NCBI RefSeq assembly: GCF_000023205.1 | Contig: NC_012803.1 | Span: 300,001-332,000, forward strand | Source of the DNA: Micrococcus luteus NCTC 2665 | GTDB lineage: Bacteria; Actinomycetota; Actinomycetes; Actinomycetales; Micrococcaceae | Direction of reading: 5' to 3' | Length of the DNA stretch: 32,000 bases | Part shown: positions 28,458 through 32,000 of the stretch, piece after piece | How the letters are laid out: every line of letters starts with the position of its first letter | Numbering within the stretch: position 1 is the first letter of the stretch | Notes under the pieces: model-generated | Told to the model about the DNA's origin: nothing | Seen by the model: only the letters and a program-made list of their open reading frames with translations | Database searches by the model: none | Position numbers and translations under genes: made by a program

Positions 28458-28591
28458 GCGCCCATGGTAGGACCGACCACGGACGGGAAGCGCCCGACAG
28501 CCGGCGGTGTTCACTGGGGAGCCAGGGTCCTCGGACCCGGAGCGTCCGCCCGGGCGCCCCGAGCGACCCGCGAAGGAAGGGGACGGACGGG

Positions 28592-29047
28592 CTCGAGCTC
28601 CTCACCGGCACGGGTCTGGCCACCTCGGCCGGGCTCAACGCCTACATCCCCCTGCTCGCCCTGGGTCTGCTGGACCGGTTCACGGGGCTCGTCGACCTGC
28701 CCGCGGGCTGGACGTGGCTCTCCGCCGACGCCTCCCTCTGGATCCTCGGCGTCCTGCTCGCGCTCGAGCTCGTCGCGGACAAGATCCCCGGGGTGGACGC
28801 GGTCAACGACGCCGTCCAGACGGTCGTGCGCCCCGCGGCCGGCGGCATCATGTTCGCCTCCGGCGTCGGCGCCGAGGACGTCTCGGCGGCCGGCCTCGTC
28901 GCGGCCGCGCTGTTCCTGCCGGTGCTGGTCGCCGTGCTGGTGGTCGCCGTCGTCGTGGGCCTGTGGCTGCTGGCCCGGCGGTTCCGCGCTCGGCAGACGC
29001 GAGGCCGTGCCGCGGCCGTGCCGGGTCGACCAGAATGGACGGCATGA
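28592..29047 (+). CDS. DUF4126-family membrane protein; initiation codon unresolved
   Basis: Manual translation in the frame of track ORF 28793..29047 extends upstream as G-LELLTGTGLATSAGLNAYIPLLALGLLDRFTGLVDLPAGWTWL...LELVADKIPGVDAVNDAVQTVVRP, the typical DUF4126 N-terminus. There is no ATG/GTG/TTG in frame before 28793, although AAGGAAGGGGA sits at 28574-28584. Confidence 0.6.
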   Translation, partial: LELLTGTGLATSAGLNAYIPLLALGLLDRFTGLVDLPAGWTWLSADASLWILGVLLALELVADKIPGVDAVNDAVQTVVRPAAGGIMFASGVGAEDVSAAGLVAAALFLPVLVAVLVVAVVVGLWLLARRFRARQTRGRAAAVPGRPEWTA

Positions 29048-29367
29048 TCCTCATCAACCTGAAGTTCACCGTCCAGCCCGAGCGTGCCGACGAGTGGATG
29101 GACGCCGTCGCGAAGTACACCGCGGACGTGCGTTCCGAGCCCGGCAACCTGTTCTTCGAGTGGTACCGCCCGGTGGAGGGCGGCCCGAACGAGTACTTCC
29201 TGCTCGAGGGGTTCACGGACGAGGGTGCGCAGGCCCACGTCGCGTCCCCGCACTTCCAGGAGGGCCTGGACGCGATGCGCCCGCTGCTGGCGAGCACGCC
29301 CCAGATCATCTCCGAGCAGGTCGGCGCGGAGGGCTTCGGCCCGATGGGCGAGCTGCAGATCGACTGA
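29044..29367 (+). CDS. antibiotic-biosynthesis-monooxygenase (ABM) domain protein
   Basis: MILINLKFTVQPERADEWMDAVAKYTADVRSEPGNLFFEWYR...YFLLEGFTDEGAQAHVASPHFQEG is the ABM ferredoxin-like fold pattern. ATG 29044 overlaps the DUF4126 stop (ATGA); ATG 29035 is an alternative. Confidence 0.8.
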   Translation: MILINLKFTVQPERADEWMDAVAKYTADVRSEPGNLFFEWYRPVEGGPNEYFLLEGFTDEGAQAHVASPHFQEGLDAMRPLLASTPQIISEQVGAEGFGPMGELQID

Positions 29368-29392
29368 GCCCGCTTCCGGCCGGGGGGGAGGC

Positions 29393-29431
29393 GACGGCGC
29401 CCGCGTCACGAGCGTGACGCAGGGCGCCGTC
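29393..29431 (+). terminator. 17-bp interrupted GC hairpin after the ABM gene
   Basis: GACGGCGCCC-GCGTCAC-gagc-GTGACGC-a-GGGCGCCGTC, 26 nt after the stop at 29367. No clean U-tract. Confidence 0.55.
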
Positions 29432-29468
29432 CCTGTATCCGGAGTCACACCCTGGCTACGGTGAGCGC

Positions 29469-30104
29469 ATGAGCGCCGAGCAGAACAGCACCCAGACCCC
29501 CGGCCACCGCGCCGCCCACGTCCCCGCCGGCCAGGATCTCGGCCACCGCTGGTCCACCCGCGAGGCCGATCACGACGATCCGGCGGACCGCCGCGCCGTC
29601 CGCCAGATCGCCGAGCTCGCCTTCGAGTCCACGGCCGAGGCCGACCTCGTGGAGGAGCTCGCCGGCGGTGCGGAGGGCTGGCTGCCCCAGTACTCCCTCG
29701 TAGCCATGACCGCCGTGATCCCCGGCACGGACCTGCAGTCGGACCCGATGGGCTACGGCACCCTGGTCCGGGCCCACATCGACGACGCCGAGGTGCTCGC
29801 GCTCGCCCCGCACGGCGTCCTGCCCGAGCACCAGGGCGAGGGCGCCGGCACCGCGCTCGTCAACGCCCTGCTGCAGACGGCGCAGGCCGACGGCGAGGAG
29901 GTCGTGGTGGTCTACGGCTGGCCCGAGTACTACGCGAAGTTCGGCTTCCACCGGGCCTCCGAGCACGGCGTGCACGCGGCCTTCGCCCGACAGCCCGAGG
30001 CGCTGCAGGTCCTCACGCTCCAGGACGGGGCCGAGGTGCCGGCCGGTGAGTTCCGCTACCCGCCCGCGTTCGGGGCGGAGAACGCGCAGGTCGTCGGCCG
30101 CTGA
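29469..30104 (+). CDS. GNAT-family N-acetyltransferase (YhbS-like)
   Basis: LAPHGVLPEHQGEGAGTALVNALLQTAQADGEEVVVVYGWPEYYAKFGFHRA matches the GNAT acetyl-CoA-binding core (Q/RxxGxG/A) and a YhbS-type C-terminus. Confidence 0.75.
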   Translation: MSAEQNSTQTPGHRAAHVPAGQDLGHRWSTREADHDDPADRRAVRQIAELAFESTAEADLVEELAGGAEGWLPQYSLVAMTAVIPGTDLQSDPMGYGTLVRAHIDDAEVLALAPHGVLPEHQGEGAGTALVNALLQTAQADGEEVVVVYGWPEYYAKFGFHRASEHGVHAAFARQPEALQVLTLQDGAEVPAGEFRYPPAFGAENAQVVGR

Positions 30105-30114
30105 GGGCCCGGTC

Positions 30115-30729
30115 TCAGTCCAGGAGTCGGCGCACGGCGGCGAGCGTCCGTTCGGCCTCGGCCGGCTCGGCCGTGAGCCGCGCGATGACCTCCGCGAGGT
30201 CCGTGCGCAGGCTGGCCTCGGCGTCGTCGGCCGGGGCGTGGAGCCACGCCCGCAGGGCGCGGTTGTGGACGGCCACCACGGCCGCCGCCAGCCCGACGGC
30301 GATCCCGCCGCGCACGGGCGTGTCCGGCAGGGCCGTGGCGAGCCAGCCGGAGAACAGCTCCGTGTAGCGGTGCGAGGTGAGCAGCTCGCGCGTGCGCAGC
30401 GCCTGGGAGCCGCGCAGCAGGCGGGAGCGCGCCCGGGCCCGGTCCGGATCGGCGGTGTGATGCCGGAAGACCTGGAGGACTGCCTCCTCCAGGGCCTCCC
30501 GCACGCCGAGGGAGGTGCCGCGCAGGAAGTCGTCCAGGCGGGCGAGCAGCGCCGCGTGGTCGGCGAAGACCACCTCCTCCTTCCCGCCGAGGTGGCGGAA
30601 GAAGCTGGCCCGGCTCATGCCGGCCTGGCGGGCGAGCTGGTCGGCCGTGACGGCGTCGTAGCCCTCGCGGTCCAGCAGGTGGATCAGGGCGGTGAGAGTG
30701 TCCTCGGCGGGCGTCGTCATGCGGGCCAT
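30115..30729 (-). CDS. TetR-family transcriptional regulator
   Basis: N-terminal HTH EGYDAVTADQLARQAGMSRASFFRHLGGKEEV. Start is ATG 30729 or ATG 30720. Divergent from the next ACAD gene. Confidence 0.88.
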   Translation of the reverse strand: MARMTTPAEDTLTALIHLLDREGYDAVTADQLARQAGMSRASFFRHLGGKEEVVFADHAALLARLDDFLRGTSLGVREALEEAVLQVFRHHTADPDRARARSRLLRGSQALRTRELLTSHRYTELFSGWLATALPDTPVRGGIAVGLAAAVVAVHNRALRAWLHAPADDAEASLRTDLAEVIARLTAEPAEAERTLAAVRRLLD

Positions 30730-30846
30730 GGTGCCACGGGCGCGGCTCAGGAGTGAGACTGCGTCTGATTCTGTGAGATGGCGTGTCAGTCGGTGTAGGG
30801 TGATGACAGACACATCCATCTCTCCGACCCCGCCCGGGAGGCCACC

Positions 30847-32000
30847 ATGACCGAGACCCTGCCCACCGTCGAGCCCGAGTACGACGTCGCCACGCCGCTG
30901 GACACCGACTTCTACCTGGCGCTCGCAGACGTCTCCGACGCCGAGAAGGACGTGTGGCGTCGGGCCCGCGCCTTCGCGCTCGAGCCGGACGTGCTGCCCC
31001 GGATCCGGGAGGCGTGGGACCGCCACGAGTACCCGCTGGACCTCGTGGCCCGCCTGGGGCAGGCCGACCTGCTGCGCGACGGCGTCCCCGTGGACGGGCT
31101 GCCCGACGTCTCCCGCGTGGCCGCGGGCCTGGCCATGATGGAGCTCTCGCGGCTGGACGGCTCGATCGCCACGATGACGGGCGTGCAGGGCGGTCTGGCC
31201 ATGCGCTCGATCCAGCTGTGCGGCAGCGAGGAGCAGCGTGCCGAGCACCTGCCGGCCATGGCGCGCGGCGAGCTCTACGGCGCCTTCGCGCTCACGGAGC
31301 CGACCCACGGCTCCGACTCGGTCTCGCTGGAGACCCGCGCCGAGCGCGTCGACGGCGGCTGGCGGCTGCACGGGCACAAGAAGTGGATCGGCAACGGGGC
31401 CGCCGGCGGCGTGACCGTGGTGTGGGCGCGCAGCGCCGAGGACGAGAAGGTCCGCGGGTTCATCGTGCGCCAGGAGTCCGAGGGCTACACGGCCGAGGTC
31501 ATCAAGGGCAAGGTCGCGCTGCGGGCCATCGACCAGGCCCACATCACCCTCGACGGCGTGTTCGTGCCCGATGCCGACGTCCTGCCCGAGGCCCGCTCCT
31601 TCAAGGACACCTCCCGCGTCCTCTTCGCCACGCGCGTGGGGGTCGCGTGGTCCGCCCTCGGGAAGGCCGTGGGCTGCTACGAGGCGGCGGTGCACTACGC
31701 GGGGCAGCGCGTCCAGTTCGGCCGGCCGCTGGCGGCGGCCCAGAGCGTGCAGACCCGCCTGGCCGAGATGCTCTCCCAGCTCACCCAGGTGCAGCTGCTC
31801 GTGCTGCGTGCGACCCGGCTCGAGGACGAGGGGCGGCTCACCGGGCCGATGGCGTCCCTGGCCAAGTACTCGGCGACGCGCGCCGCGCGGTCCATCGCCG
31901 CGAACGCGCGCGACCTGCTCGGTGGCAACGGCATCCTCATCCAGAACGAGGTGGCCCGCCACTTCGCGGACATCGAGGCGATCCACACCTACGAGGGCAC
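30847..32000 (+). CDS. acyl-CoA dehydrogenase, glutaryl-CoA dehydrogenase-like (3' end outside window)
   Basis: Not in the ORF track because there is no stop in the window. Manual translation from ATG 30847 (GGGAGG SD) gives MTETLPTVEPEYD...FALTEPTHGSDS...KKWIGNGAAGGVTVVWAR...FGRPLAAAQSVQ...DIEAIHTYEG. Confidence 0.88.
   Translation, partial: MTETLPTVEPEYDVATPLDTDFYLALADVSDAEKDVWRRARAFALEPDVLPRIREAWDRHEYPLDLVARLGQADLLRDGVPVDGLPDVSRVAAGLAMMELSRLDGSIATMTGVQGGLAMRSIQLCGSEEQRAEHLPAMARGELYGAFALTEPTHGSDSVSLETRAERVDGGWRLHGHKKWIGNGAAGGVTVVWARSAEDEKVRGFIVRQESEGYTAEVIKGKVALRAIDQAHITLDGVFVPDADVLPEARSFKDTSRVLFATRVGVAWSALGKAVGCYEAAVHYAGQRVQFGRPLAAAQSVQTRLAEMLSQLTQVQLLVLRATRLEDEGRLTGPMASLAKYSATRAARSIAANARDLLGGNGILIQNEVARHFADIEAIHTYEG

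Noticed and set aside
28507-28590. Possible TPP riboswitch between pdxK/thiD-family gene and the DUF4126 gene (ACUGGGGAGCC ... GCGAAGGAAGGGGA resembles CUGGGGUGCC ... GCGUAGGGAA).
   Set aside because: The CUGAGA element and the CCUGAUC-GG-UAAU-CC pyrimidine-sensor helix are missing. The resemblance is on the strand leading into the DUF4126 gene, not the ThiD-family gene, and that gene looks like PdxK rather than ThiD. A cmscan against RF00059 would settle it.

Overview
High-GC (about 70% or more by eye) actinobacterial-type chromosomal DNA, densely coding. Strong third-position GC bias creates many long Arg/Pro/Gly-rich shadow ORFs in the supplied track, which I ignored. I support 33 protein genes.

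Left to right:
- sdaA 5' part and a NUDIX hydrolase (minus strand).
- etfB-etfA, followed by an unusual cytochrome-b-like membrane protein with a repeat-rich N-terminus.
- A double-hotdog thioesterase.
- A complete valine/isobutyryl-CoA catabolic set: an acyl-CoA dehydrogenase on plus, convergent with a minus-strand operon of mmsA, mmsB, enoyl-CoA hydratase and 3-hydroxyisobutyryl-CoA hydrolase.
- An SDR, then an acyl-CoA synthetase + MarR pair divergent from a glutaryl-CoA-dehydrogenase-like ACAD.
- A truncated DUF1275 gene and a solitary ectC-like cupin.
- Tandem glycine riboswitch, gcvP and gcvT, with no gcvH.
- A less ordinary stretch at 22.5-29.4 kb: a membrane-anchored SNase-fold protein lacking catalytic residues; a divergent NarL-type response regulator, small secreted Cys-loop peptide ORF and multi-TM HisKA_3 kinase; a 250-bp ORF-free gap with a perfect CRP-type palindrome and an intrinsic terminator (sRNA candidate); two uncharacterised proteins behind pdxK; and a DUF4126 gene with no canonical start codon, coupled to an ABM monooxygenase.
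- GNAT, TetR and a second GCDH-like ACAD that runs off the window.

No rRNA, tRNA, CRISPR array, transposase or integrase was seen. The best candidates for something undescribed are the peptide/two-component module (24.0-25.7 kb) and the etfBA-linked repeat/cytochrome b protein (3.6-5.3 kb). All family calls come from reading motifs by eye; no database search was possible.
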